IMG/VR virus record: IMGVR_UViG_3300020148_000034
Coordinates: 1 to 39,705 of that record
DNA length: 39,705 nt
Reading direction: 5' to 3' (one strand)
Origin: a virus
Lineage: Duplodnaviria; Caudoviricetes
Shown: positions 1 to 8,497 of the stretch, piece by piece
How the letters are laid out: the number at the start of each line of letters is the position of its first letter
Position numbering within the stretch: the first letter of the stretch is position 1
Notes under the pieces: generated by a model
Databases searched by the model: none
Seen by the model: the letters and a program-made list of their open reading frames with translations, nothing else
What the model was told of the DNA's origin: nothing
Position numbers and translations under genes: made by a program

Positions 1-306
1 CTATTCGGTCGGGGTTTCTTTTTGGAGGGCAGCGTTGATGGCAATCGTCCAAGCGTCACCCCAGTCGATATGCTCACCGGCAGCAGCAATGTATCCGCTG
101 TCATCTTCCGCCGATTCTACAGCCCTAACCATTTCATCAGTCGGCTCCCGCATCGCCTCGATGGCCCGCAAAGCCATAAATGGATAATGGTACTGCCATT
201 CCATCATCGATATTTCACCGACACAGGCGCTGATCTTGCGGGGCGCATCCGGGTCTTTCCCATCAGCCCTGCACAGCGCCCGCGCCACTCTCTCCACCAT
301 CGTCAC
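1..306 (-). CDS. Hypothetical phage protein (~100 aa)
   Basis: C-terminal part of ORF 1..576. GTG at 306 overlaps the primase TGA (GTGA coupling); alternative ATG at 300. Reads MVERVARALC...AIEAMREPTDEM, a common small phage protein type. Confidence 0.7.
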   Translation of the reverse strand: MTMVERVARALCRADGKDPDAPRKISACVGEISMMEWQYHYPFMALRAIEAMREPTDEMVRAVESAEDDSGYIAAAGEHIDWGDAWTIAINAALQKETPTE

Positions 307-2987
307 CACGGAATATCCTCCTGCTCGATTTTGTCCATCTGAATGCCGCCCTCGGACAACACAATCCCCGTAGCGAGCATCCCGCTCGATCTCTTTTTCA
401 GCACTACGCCCGGCATGACCTTGAGCCGCTGCGAAAACGTGTTCACCGGCGGCAGGAATTTCTCCGCATGGCCCTGCTCCACCGCCCAGGCCTTGAAGTG
501 CTTGAACAGGTCCGAAGTTCGCTTCCACCCGCCAATGGGTTCGACGGACGCCGGCGCGATGTTCTCCTCGAACCACTCAACCAGCGGATCGAGCCGCAAC
601 CAGCTCGACAGGGCCTCTTGCGAGGATGCCGGCACAGTATAGGACCGGCGTTCGAATAGCCGCCTGGCGCCCTCAATGGAAAATCGCAGAAGCAGATCGA
701 GTTCGTCGTGCCTGATCCGGTCTGCGATATCCTCGATAATCTCATTCTCGGGGATCGGGCGATTGAACCGCACCACCACTAGGCGCCGTTGCAGCCCCCG
801 ATCCAGACCGCCATGGAACCTCGGCAGCGTGTTGGTGGTAAACACATGGATTGCCCGCGGCACGAACGTCACGGCCGAACGATAGAGGTCGCGCCCTTCG
901 ATGGAGTTGCCGGTCACCGCCGCCTTGAACGTTTCCCCGGCGATGGCGTTGGCCGACAGCTCATCGGCCACGTTCGCGGCCTTGCCGGCCAGGTTCACGA
1001 TCCTGCGCTCATCCTCATAGGCGCTCGGCGGGATATGCGACACCGCTCCCTCGGGCAACAGGCATTCGAGCAGCGAGGCAATCGTGGATTTGCCATTTGA
1101 GGCCGTCTCGCCCAGGAACACGAACGCCTTTGGCTGGGGCAAACGTGTGGCAATACCGAACGCCGACGCGCCGAGGATTTCCCCAATCAGGTCAATTTTT
1201 TCGGCCGCGTCAGGATCGTCCCTGAAAGCGCCCATCACGAGCCGGTGCAGATATGAGCCTTCGGGCAGCACATCATCGCGCCCATTCCCATATCGTGCCG
1301 GGATCGTGAACCGAAACCGATCCTCGGGCGAATGTGACCGCAGCGTCACCGCTCCACCCTTGGCGATCTCGATCACCGTATCCGCGCAATTCAGCGCCAC
1401 GCTGGGGCGGTTGAAGAAATCGGGATGCGAAAGGATCGTGCCAACCTCGGAGAGAATGCCGTTAATCATGGTGCGGCCCACCTTGATCGGGTTTTTCCCC
1501 TGTACGGTCACATTGTCATATTTATGTGCGGCGAGCCGCAGGTGCTTGTCGGGGATCGCGCGCCAGCAGGTGGGGCCCCACGCCCAGAAACGTCCATCCG
1601 CGTGAACGACCGGCCCACAATAGTGCTCAAGGGCAAGGCTCATCACTTGGGCGATGTGAACCTCACTGCCATGTTCGATATCGGCTGGTTTAGGGATCAG
1701 GTCGATGGCGTCGGCGCCCACCGGGTCCACCGGCATATTCAGATCGGGCTCGGGCGGCGGCTCTATCGGATCATCAGGCCAGGAGGGGACGGCGGACACG
1801 CGACAATTAAGCATGAAGCCATCGAGCGCGGCTTTGTTCCACTGGTCGCGCACAGCATCGGCGGCGTCCCACCCCTTAGGGACGGGCGTTCCAGCCCGCC
1901 AGTCGGCATAGGTCAGGCAAGCTCCCTTTGCTGCACCAAAGGCGCGTCCGGGTTCTCGGCCGCGTCCACGATCACGCGCATCTGCCCGTCGACCAGCGCC
2001 ATGGGGGCCACCGCCGGATCCTCGTTCACGAACCAGAGGTGCCCCCCGCCCTCCCGTATGAACCATTGCCCCTTTGCTACCGGCAACGCCCCCACCGTCC
2101 GAAACTGCATTTCCTTCATGGCACTCCCTCAATACATCGATGAATTTCAACTCACTGGCGATGCCGGAAAGAATTTCCGCCAGCTCCGCCATGTATTTGA
2201 AGCCTTCCGGGTCCGCGTCGGGCCAGATCAGAACCTTCTTGCCCTTGAGAGCCGACCAATCGGCATACCTTCCGCCATAGACGCCGCCCGCCGCCGAAAC
2301 GGCAATGCGCCCCGTCGCCGCGAATATCGCGTCAACCTTCTTTTCCCCTTCCACCACAATGACCTGTGTGGTTTCTGGCCTGATACGTTCCGCCCCATAA
2401 AGCGGGCGAGGTTTGGGGAACGGGAACCTGGACCAGCACTCCCGCCCATCTGGTAGCCGCACCCAGCAGACCTGCGGCGTCTCCTTCCCGCCATCCGGCA
2501 GGTCATGCCGCAGCACATAGCCGATCAGCGAGCCATCAGCGTGCCGGTATGGGAAAACAGCCGAAGGCTTGATGTTCCCGTTACGTTCACGCTTGGGATT
2601 GTGTAAGACAACATTCCTATTTGGTGCAAGCGTATTGTTGGGAACGAGTAGGGTTATCCCCTTATACGGATCGCGCGCCTCAATTTTCTTCGGCTGGACA
2701 TTCGCCCCGGCAGCGCGATCTCCATTCAAAATCTGGATTGCTTCATGCGTCTCGACGCCCTTGATCTCCTTCACGAAATCGATCACGTCGCCCTTCGCGC
2801 CGCAGCCGAAACAATGATACCGCCAGACGCCATCACGGCCGGGAAAGACGGTAAAGGATGGCGTCCTCTCCTCGTGGAACGGGCAGCAGGTTTCGAACTC
2901 CTGACCGTTGCGGTCCAGCGTCACACCCATCGACAGGGCAATATCCGGTAGCGATACCTCGCTTCTGATCTTGTCGATATCGCTCAC
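303..2987 (-). CDS. DNA primase/helicase: CHC2 zinc finger + Toprim + P4/D5-type SF3 helicase
   Basis: CCPFHEERTPSF...YHCFGCGAKGD zinc finger; VVEGEK, WPDAD and KGWDAAD Toprim motifs; GETASNGKST Walker A; NVADE Walker B; FTTNTLP. Start probably GTG 2987, because the ORF-track start at 3041 runs through an operator. Confidence 0.9.
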   Translation of the reverse strand: MSDIDKIRSEVSLPDIALSMGVTLDRNGQEFETCCPFHEERTPSFTVFPGRDGVWRYHCFGCGAKGDVIDFVKEIKGVETHEAIQILNGDRAAGANVQPKKIEARDPYKGITLLVPNNTLAPNRNVVLHNPKRERNGNIKPSAVFPYRHADGSLIGYVLRHDLPDGGKETPQVCWVRLPDGRECWSRFPFPKPRPLYGAERIRPETTQVIVVEGEKKVDAIFAATGRIAVSAAGGVYGGRYADWSALKGKKVLIWPDADPEGFKYMAELAEILSGIASELKFIDVLRECHEGNAVSDGGGVAGSKGAMVHTGGRGAPLVRERGSGGGPHGAGRRADARDRGRGREPGRAFGAAKGACLTYADWRAGTPVPKGWDAADAVRDQWNKAALDGFMLNCRVSAVPSWPDDPIEPPPEPDLNMPVDPVGADAIDLIPKPADIEHGSEVHIAQVMSLALEHYCGPVVHADGRFWAWGPTCWRAIPDKHLRLAAHKYDNVTVQGKNPIKVGRTMINGILSEVGTILSHPDFFNRPSVALNCADTVIEIAKGGAVTLRSHSPEDRFRFTIPARYGNGRDDVLPEGSYLHRLVMGAFRDDPDAAEKIDLIGEILGASAFGIATRLPQPKAFVFLGETASNGKSTIASLLECLLPEGAVSHIPPSAYEDERRIVNLAGKAANVADELSANAIAGETFKAAVTGNSIEGRDLYRSAVTFVPRAIHVFTTNTLPRFHGGLDRGLQRRLVVVRFNRPIPENEIIEDIADRIRHDELDLLLRFSIEGARRLFERRSYTVPASSQEALSSWLRLDPLVEWFEENIAPASVEPIGGWKRTSDLFKHFKAWAVEQGHAEKFLPPVNTFSQRLKVMPGVVLKKRSSGMLATGIVLSEGGIQMDKIEQEDIPW
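1913..2119 (-). CDS. Nested out-of-frame gene (68 aa) inside the primase gene
   Basis: SD GAGGGAG 4 nt before ATG. 58/68 codons end in G/C versus 27/68 in the primase frame (hand count). The primase frame reads as Gly/Arg-rich shadow sequence here. Confidence 0.65.
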   Translation of the reverse strand: MKEMQFRTVGALPVAKGQWFIREGGGHLWFVNEDPAVAPMALVDGQMRVIVDAAENPDAPLVQQRELA

Positions 2988-3002
2988 GTCAACGTTCCAA
3001 AC

Positions 3003-3021
3003 TGCTAATTTTAAATCAACA
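3003..3021. promoter_or_regulatory. 19-bp palindromic operator, copy 1 (upstream of primase)
   Basis: TGCTAATTTTAAATCAACA; one of 8 related copies. Confidence 0.75.
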
Positions 3022-3109
3022 GTATTTGCCTGAAATTGCAAGGGCAGATGCAGCAGAAGTGCCCATTATCCCGAAAAAGCAGGCTGAGCCGGCAGACGCT
3101 TTCGGCATG

Positions 3110-3535
3110 TCAGCCGCTATTCTCAAATGAGCAGTCGGGGAAAAGCACCGAGGCCAGGTCATCATCGGTTCTGGCGATGCCTGCCCGCCCGCCGAAACGG
3201 TTCACCAGATCGATGAATTGTTGCTGCTCATCGCTCGTCCGTCCGCGCTGGGATTTTGTTTCGACAGCGGCATAGACGGCAAGTTTCCGCCCGACCATCT
3301 CGGCGGTGACGGTGACCGGCGCAAACCCGATCAGGTCGGACATCCCGGCATGGCCGGCCTTGAATGGCCGCCCCTGACGGATCAACACATCACCGGCTTC
3401 GACGCGGACACTCGCCGGGCGCCTGAACTGTTGCGCCTGGCCCACCCACGCCGTGCCGACATTGTTCCGCCAGAGGCGAGCGCCAAGCTCGGTCGCCCGC
3501 TTCATGCAGCGGCGCATGAAATCCGTTTCCTTCAT
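3110..3535 (-). CDS. VRR-NUC domain nuclease
   Basis: LWRNNVG...GMSDLIG...AVETKSQRGRTSDEQQQF...GGRAGIAR, a PD-(D/E)XK VRR-NUC pattern. Confidence 0.85.
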   Translation of the reverse strand: MKETDFMRRCMKRATELGARLWRNNVGTAWVGQAQQFRRPASVRVEAGDVLIRQGRPFKAGHAGMSDLIGFAPVTVTAEMVGRKLAVYAAVETKSQRGRTSDEQQQFIDLVNRFGGRAGIARTDDDLASVLFPDCSFENSG

Positions 3536-3543
3536 GGCTGACC

Positions 3544-3888
3544 TCAGAACGGGATATCATCATCCATGCCGCCCGGCGCCGGTGCCCCGCCGCCACGGTT
3601 CGCGCCCGGCCGTGAGGCCGGAACCGGCTGGCGCTGCCCACCAGACTGACCACCGCCCTGCTGCTGGCCGTCCTGCTCGCGCAGGTCGAAGCACGACAGC
3701 AGCACGGTCTCGCGGTCGGAGTTGACGCCGGCAGGATTGAACGTGCGCTGGAGCAGGATGAAAACCGACCCATCGTCGTTTTTCATCAGCGCTCCGACAT
3801 TCTGATAACGATTCTTGCTCTCGCCCGTGTTGCGGTCGGTATATTCACCAGTCTTGACGGCGATATCCTTAATCTTCCGCGCTGCCAT
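3544..3888 (-). CDS. Single-stranded DNA-binding-like protein
   Basis: Beta-rich N-terminus, Gly/Gln/Pro linker and C-terminal DDDIPF SSB tail. Confidence 0.7.
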   Translation of the reverse strand: MAARKIKDIAVKTGEYTDRNTGESKNRYQNVGALMKNDDGSVFILLQRTFNPAGVNSDRETVLLSCFDLREQDGQQQGGGQSGGQRQPVPASRPGANRGGGAPAPGGMDDDIPF

Positions 3889-4076
3889 TAGAGCGCTCCC
3901 TTAAAAAGTGGATGAAAAAACCCGCCCCACCACAGCAGCGGGACGATGATAAGCACCGAAAGCAGCGCCGCCCATCCATCGGTGGGCTTGCGCGGCTGTC
4001 CGTGCTGGGCAAAGTTCATGCCCAGACTTAGCGCTACGAGTGCAATGTAAATCAGTTGCGGCCATGCCATTCTCAC
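3888..4076 (-). CDS. Small two-TM membrane protein
   Basis: Two hydrophobic segments (WPQLIYIAL..., LLWWGGFF); overlaps both neighbours. Confidence 0.75.
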   Translation of the reverse strand: MRMAWPQLIYIALVALSLGMNFAQHGQPRKPTDGWAALLSVLIIVPLLWWGGFFHPLFKGAL

Positions 4077-4993
4077 TCTCCTAAAACCAACCGGTATCCT
4101 TGCCGGTAGCCCATGTTTTCGACACCGACGCCGGTGCCGGCCAGCTTCACCCTCATCTTGCCGAGGGCGGTTTTCAGAGCGTTGTACATCTTGACGGGCT
4201 CCGGCCCGCCATCGGGATCGTCCTCATACATCGCCGTGAAAATTCGCTCGTTATCGACAGGCATGCCGTTGCCCGCCCAGATCGCGCCGAGAACCTTCTT
4301 CTCCATGGGCTGCAACCCGGCCACGTCAGCCACCACGTCGAGCGTGGGGCGCCAGGTCTCCTGAAAGCAGCACGGGCACCGTATTGGCGCCGGCAGGTTC
4401 ATCGTTGCCGCGAACCGATTGTGCCGCCGCGCGCCGCCCTTGTCGTAGAGTTTGACGGGCGCGGCTTCGCGCAGGTTCTGGATGCGGTTGTTGAGCCGGT
4501 TTCCATCCTTCCAGGTAATGGCCAGATCGGTTTTGCCGTGATGCCAATTCCACACCAGCACATTGAGCCGATAGAAAACCCCATCGATCTCAAGCAACGG
4601 ATATTCGATGCCGGATTGCACCAGTCGCTCCAGCCCCGGCAACGCACGGCGCCCGGTCGAGCGCCAAACCAGATCGCCATTCACCGGCTCGTATTCGAAC
4701 AGCGCCCGCGCCTCATCCTGATCGATCTGGGCGGGCCAGTATTCCGGGCTCAGCCGCACCTCGGCCAGCGACGGGATCGGCGGCAGGCGGCGGCGCTGGC
4801 GATATGACCGTTGATAATCACGCTCGCAGGATCGGCACCACGGCGCCAAACCGTCCTTCCGACCAGTGACAGCACGGAATTCCAAACTGTTTTTTGAAGT
4901 GTTGCATCGCGGGCAACGCTTCGGGAAAACAATGCTACCGATCTGTTTTTCTTGTTGCTGATTTTCAGGCAACGCATCGGGAAAACAATTCAT
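4073..4993 (-). CDS. Zn-finger + degenerate HNH + winged-helix protein
   Basis: ATG 4993 coupled to helicase stop (TGATG). CPRC...WCRSC; VWNWHHG...WKDGNRLNNRIQNLR; CPCC followed by an OmpR/Trans_reg_C-like C-terminus ending GYRQGYRL. Confidence 0.7.
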   Translation of the reverse strand: MNCFPDALPENQQQEKQIGSIVFPKRCPRCNTSKNSLEFRAVTGRKDGLAPWCRSCERDYQRSYRQRRRLPPIPSLAEVRLSPEYWPAQIDQDEARALFEYEPVNGDLVWRSTGRRALPGLERLVQSGIEYPLLEIDGVFYRLNVLVWNWHHGKTDLAITWKDGNRLNNRIQNLREAAPVKLYDKGGARRHNRFAATMNLPAPIRCPCCFQETWRPTLDVVADVAGLQPMEKKVLGAIWAGNGMPVDNERIFTAMYEDDPDGGPEPVKMYNALKTALGKMRVKLAGTGVGVENMGYRQGYRLVLGE

Positions 4994-6390
4994 CACGCCG
5001 CCCTCCCCTTCGCCTGCCGGGCAGTCCAGACGTGCGCGGCCCACTTCTCGGGCGATTTGTACCCGCGCGAGCGCGCCAGGCTGACCAGATCGTCCAGCGT
5101 CTTGGCGCGCGCCTGCTCAACCACGCGCTGGCGGCGTACGGCCTCGATGTCGATCTCCACAAGATCGCCCTCGATCTCGGCCACCTTCCGGGCCTTCACC
5201 TCATAGACGTGCCCGCATTCGGGACACCGCGGCGCCGGATCGTGAGACGCGCCACATTCCGGGCAGGTGCGAACCTTCTCCTCCTGCTCTCCGCCCTTGC
5301 GCTTGCCATTGTTCTCGCCATCGAGCGACCATTCCCGTTCCTCGTCGGGCAGACCGAGGCGCGCAAAGCCGCCGACCAGATCAAGCAGGATCGCCGGCTG
5401 GGGTTTCTTCCGCAGGCCGCGCCCATGGCGCTGGAGGTGCTTGGCCAGCGATTGCGTGGGCGACATGTCCAGTACGCATTCAATCGGCACGTCGCGCCCA
5501 ACCTGGGCCGACATATCGAACCCCTCGCTGAACAGGTTCACGTTCACCAGACCGTCAAGCTGCCGGTCGGCCAGCGCCAGGAACGCCCGGTCCCGGTCTG
5601 CCTGCGGCGTGTTGGCATCGAGCGCGATGAACCGCATGCCGTTCTCGCGGAACTCTGCCGCCATTTCCTCCGCGCGCCGAACCGATGGCGCGAACGCGAT
5701 GGTGCGCAGCCCCGATGCATGCTTGCGCCAGTGCCGTACCGCCCCCGCCATAACGGCCTTGCCCGCAATCAAATCCTCAACCTCGGCGGCGACATACTCG
5801 CCCTTGCGCGTGCGCAGGCCCGACACGTCGATGCCGGCAGGCGAGAAGGCCCGATATTTTGACAGCCTGCCATTCTCGATCAGCCAGCGCGGCGACGGCC
5901 CCATCACCATCGTGTCCCACACAGCCCCGAGCGGCTTACCATCAAGCCGGATCGGGGAACCCGTCAGTCCGATGATCTTGGCACCGGATTTCTTGTAATA
6001 TTCCACCACCCGCGCCCAGCCTTCGGACGCCGACAGGTGCGCCTCATCGATGAACACGTAATCGGCAGGGTGCTTGCCCAACCGGTTTTTCAACGTGTCG
6101 ATGCTGGCGATCTGAATTTTGCGATAGATATTGTGATGGTAGCCGGCGGCAATATAGGAGTAGGCCAGCCCGAACGCTTCGAGCGTGACGGCGGTTTGCT
6201 TGAGCAGCGCTAGCCGGTGGACCGCGAAAATTACGCGCTTACCCGCCGCCTCGATCAGCGCGATCAGGGCGCTGGAGAACACGGTTTTGCCCCACCCGGT
6301 CGGCGCATAGACCAGCACCGAGCCATGGGTGCGCAACGCCACGCGCGTCTCGGTGCGAACCTGATCCTGGTCGGCGGTGAGGGAGATCAT
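4993..6390 (-). CDS. Superfamily 2 DEAH-box helicase with C-terminal Zn ribbon
   Basis: APTGWGKT, FIDEAH, GLTGSPIR, FSEGFD, QRHGRGLR, CPECG x2. Confidence 0.92.
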   Translation of the reverse strand: MISLTADQDQVRTETRVALRTHGSVLVYAPTGWGKTVFSSALIALIEAAGKRVIFAVHRLALLKQTAVTLEAFGLAYSYIAAGYHHNIYRKIQIASIDTLKNRLGKHPADYVFIDEAHLSASEGWARVVEYYKKSGAKIIGLTGSPIRLDGKPLGAVWDTMVMGPSPRWLIENGRLSKYRAFSPAGIDVSGLRTRKGEYVAAEVEDLIAGKAVMAGAVRHWRKHASGLRTIAFAPSVRRAEEMAAEFRENGMRFIALDANTPQADRDRAFLALADRQLDGLVNVNLFSEGFDMSAQVGRDVPIECVLDMSPTQSLAKHLQRHGRGLRKKPQPAILLDLVGGFARLGLPDEEREWSLDGENNGKRKGGEQEEKVRTCPECGASHDPAPRCPECGHVYEVKARKVAEIEGDLVEIDIEAVRRQRVVEQARAKTLDDLVSLARSRGYKSPEKWAAHVWTARQAKGRAA

Positions 6391-7076
6391 GCCGCCACCC
6401 TCTCGTCAGCCGGCCCCGCCCACTGCATAGCGGCGGCTTCAAGCATCAAGGGGAATGACCGCGAGCGGAGCCGCGCCCGCTCGGGGCCCGGCGGCATGCG
6501 ATGCACCTTGTTCCAGCGCCGCCATTCATCAGAGCCGCGTTCGGGCTCCAGGAGCAGGTTCGTCTCGACCAGCTTGGGGAGCTTGCGCAGATACCATCCG
6601 GTGCCCTTGTACTCAGGATGGCCAAACCAGAACGGCTGCACCATCTGCGGCGCCGGCAGGTCGGCTGGCATTCTGGCGCGGGCCAGATCGTTCATTTCGG
6701 GATTTTCGACGGCGACACGCTCGATGGGCGCTTTCCAGCAGGCGGTGAAGATCGACACGCCTTCCTCGAATTCCGCCTTCATATCGTCCCAGGTGCGTCC
6801 GGCAGGCAGCTTTTTGGGCGGCGTCCATATGCCAGGGCCGCTCATCCAGCGCCGGCCAGACCGACAGAGCCGTGTGCATGGCGGGTGGAGGACGGCGAGC
6901 ATGTCCCAGCCTTCATTCAGGATGCCGTCACGCACGTCGCAAACGATATGGCGGTTGCTGCCATCCTCGGCCGGCAGGATATCGCAGGACCAAACGTCAT
7001 GGCCCAGGGCTGCGAACGCCCGCCGGCCGATGCCGCTGGTTTCACAGGCGATCAGGATGCGGAGGGGCTTAGTCAT
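6387..7076 (-). CDS. Phage C5 DNA cytosine methyltransferase-like protein
   Basis: LIACETSG (variant motif I), SCDI, HPPCT (catalytic PC), VENP (motif VI), QPFWFG. Confidence 0.65.
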   Translation of the reverse strand: MTKPLRILIACETSGIGRRAFAALGHDVWSCDILPAEDGSNRHIVCDVRDGILNEGWDMLAVLHPPCTRLCRSGRRWMSGPGIWTPPKKLPAGRTWDDMKAEFEEGVSIFTACWKAPIERVAVENPEMNDLARARMPADLPAPQMVQPFWFGHPEYKGTGWYLRKLPKLVETNLLLEPERGSDEWRRWNKVHRMPPGPERARLRSRSFPLMLEAAAMQWAGPADERVAA

Positions 7077-7387
7077 TTCGACCCCACCACCATGTCCCGA
7101 ATATCCGCTTCGTAAGGCGCCATCTTCCGCAATCGGAAAGCTGCGACGGCCAGGTCGGCCAGCACATCGGCGTCGATCCGCGTATGCACAGTCACTGTCG
7201 CGGAGCCGTCGCTGTTCGGGATGCAGCGGCCAAGGATTTCCTCAATGGCCGCTGCCTGGGTTTCCATCGTCCCGGCCAGCCGCGAGCGTCCGTTGAAGCG
7301 ATCGAACAGCCCCTTGCAAAACCGCAAAGCATCTTCACGCTCGGAAACGGCAAGCTCCGAGTTCAGCAGATCCAGAAACCCGCCCAT
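7073..7387 (-). CDS. Hypothetical protein
   Basis: ATG 7387 just after the Cro-like stop; stop overlaps the next ATG. The upstream part of ORF 7073..7588 is shadow of the Cro-like gene. Confidence 0.65.
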   Translation of the reverse strand: MGGFLDLLNSELAVSEREDALRFCKGLFDRFNGRSRLAGTMETQAAAIEEILGRCIPNSDGSATVTVHTRIDADVLADLAVAAFRLRKMAPYEADIRDMVVGSK

Positions 7388-7389
7388 GG

Positions 7390-7659
7390 TCAGAGGTCCG
7401 GCAACAGGTCGGATGGTTCGAGCGGTCGACCAATGCGGTGGCCAACAGCAATCATTTTTTCCTGCATATTCCCAGAAATCAGACCGCGCTTGTCCTGGAG
7501 GCTGCGCGCTATGTGGGAACGCGTGCAGTTCAGCTCTCTGGCGAGAGCCGATTGGCGAAGCCCCAGCTTGATAAAGCACTTCTGCCACGGCGTTTTCTTC
7601 GCCGGCACCGTATGCCGTGCGGCGTCGGCGCCCCCGCTCGCATCAATTTGCTCATTCAT
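7390..7659 (-). CDS. Cro-like HTH regulator
   Basis: GGAG RBS; LGLRQSALARELNCTRSHIARSL HTH; divergent from the repressor. Confidence 0.75.
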   Translation of the reverse strand: MNEQIDASGGADAARHTVPAKKTPWQKCFIKLGLRQSALARELNCTRSHIARSLQDKRGLISGNMQEKMIAVGHRIGRPLEPSDLLPDL

Positions 7660-7674
7660 GCAAATCGCTCCATT

Positions 7675-7718
7675 TGCTAACTTTAAATTAGCATAATGAA
7701 CAGAACATGCAGCGTCAA
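7675..7718 (-). promoter_or_regulatory. Leftward promoter (TTGACG-17-TATGCT) overlapped by operator copy 2 (7675-7693)
   Basis: -35 at 7713-7718 and -10 at 7690-7695 on the minus strand; operator TGCTAACTTTAAATTAGCA. Confidence 0.75.
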
Positions 7719-7756
7719 CCCTCGTTGCGTTAACTGCGCGGATCACAACGGCCGGC

Positions 7757-7780
7757 TATGATGTTGATTTTTAATTAGCA
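7757..7780 (+). promoter_or_regulatory. Probable repressor-gene -10 box with operator copy 3 (7762-7780)
   Basis: TATGAT at 7757-7762, then TGTTGATTTTTAATTAGCA. Confidence 0.65.
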
Positions 7781-7818
7781 ACGTGGATATGTTCGCCCCC
7801 GACTAGGGGAGTGTTCGC

Positions 7819-8451
7819 ATGGAAAACGATGCGCCGCGTTGGGAAATTGATGGCGATTGGTTCCGCCAAAAACTGGCCGAAGTAAAAAAGTCGCAGAATG
7901 CCCTCGGCCGCCACCTGGGCCTGCACTCGGCCGCCATGACCCTTATGTTCAAGGGCAGGCGCCAGATGAAATTGGAAGAAGCCGAAAAAATTGCGCGCTT
8001 CATCAACGCCTCGACGGATGAGGTGCTGTCTCACGCCGGGGTCAAGCTCGGCGGCGACATCGGGGATATCCCGCTTCAAACCCTGATCGAAGAAGATGGC
8101 CGGCTCGTGCCAGCGCCCGCGCCCATGGCTATCCCGACCGAGACGATGAACCGGCTCAAGGCCAATATCCCGCTCGACCGACGCGGAAATTTCGAGGTAG
8201 CCCAGGTGCGGGCCAAGAAGGGCGGGCTCTGGCCATTGGATGACAACCTCGTCCTCTACGAAACACCCACCACCATGGCGCCAGGGCCGGCCTCGGTCCT
8301 ATCCGTATCCAAGCTGCGCGACGGCGCAACCGTGATCGGCAAGGTGATGGACTGGCGAAAGACCGGCGAGGCAAAAATCATCACGCCGGACGGCAAGGAA
8401 AAGGACGCCAATATCGTAGCATCAAGCCCGGTATTGCTGATCGTTCCGTAA
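7819..8451 (+). CDS. CI-like XRE-family phage repressor
   Basis: SQNALGRHLGLHSAAMTLMFKGRRQMKLEEAEKIA HTH; degenerate S24-like C-terminal domain; GGGGAG RBS. Confidence 0.85.
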   Translation: MENDAPRWEIDGDWFRQKLAEVKKSQNALGRHLGLHSAAMTLMFKGRRQMKLEEAEKIARFINASTDEVLSHAGVKLGGDIGDIPLQTLIEEDGRLVPAPAPMAIPTETMNRLKANIPLDRRGNFEVAQVRAKKGGLWPLDDNLVLYETPTTMAPGPASVLSVSKLRDGATVIGKVMDWRKTGEAKIITPDGKEKDANIVASSPVLLIVP

Positions 8452-8455
8452 AAAT

Positions 8456-8479
8456 TCGGGCTCCACAGTGGGAGCCCGA
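8456..8479 (-). terminator. Intrinsic terminator between convergent genes
   Basis: TCGGGCTCC-acagtg-GGAGCCCGA, followed by ATTTTT on the minus strand. Confidence 0.7.
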
Positions 8480-8497
8480 TCCGTTCTTCCAAATCTT

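Noticed and set aside
1766-1909. Second nested ORF (MPTGGLERPS...) after the 68-aa nested gene
   Set aside because: The primase frame carries the conserved KGWDAAD motif here, and the alternative product looks like off-frame sequence.
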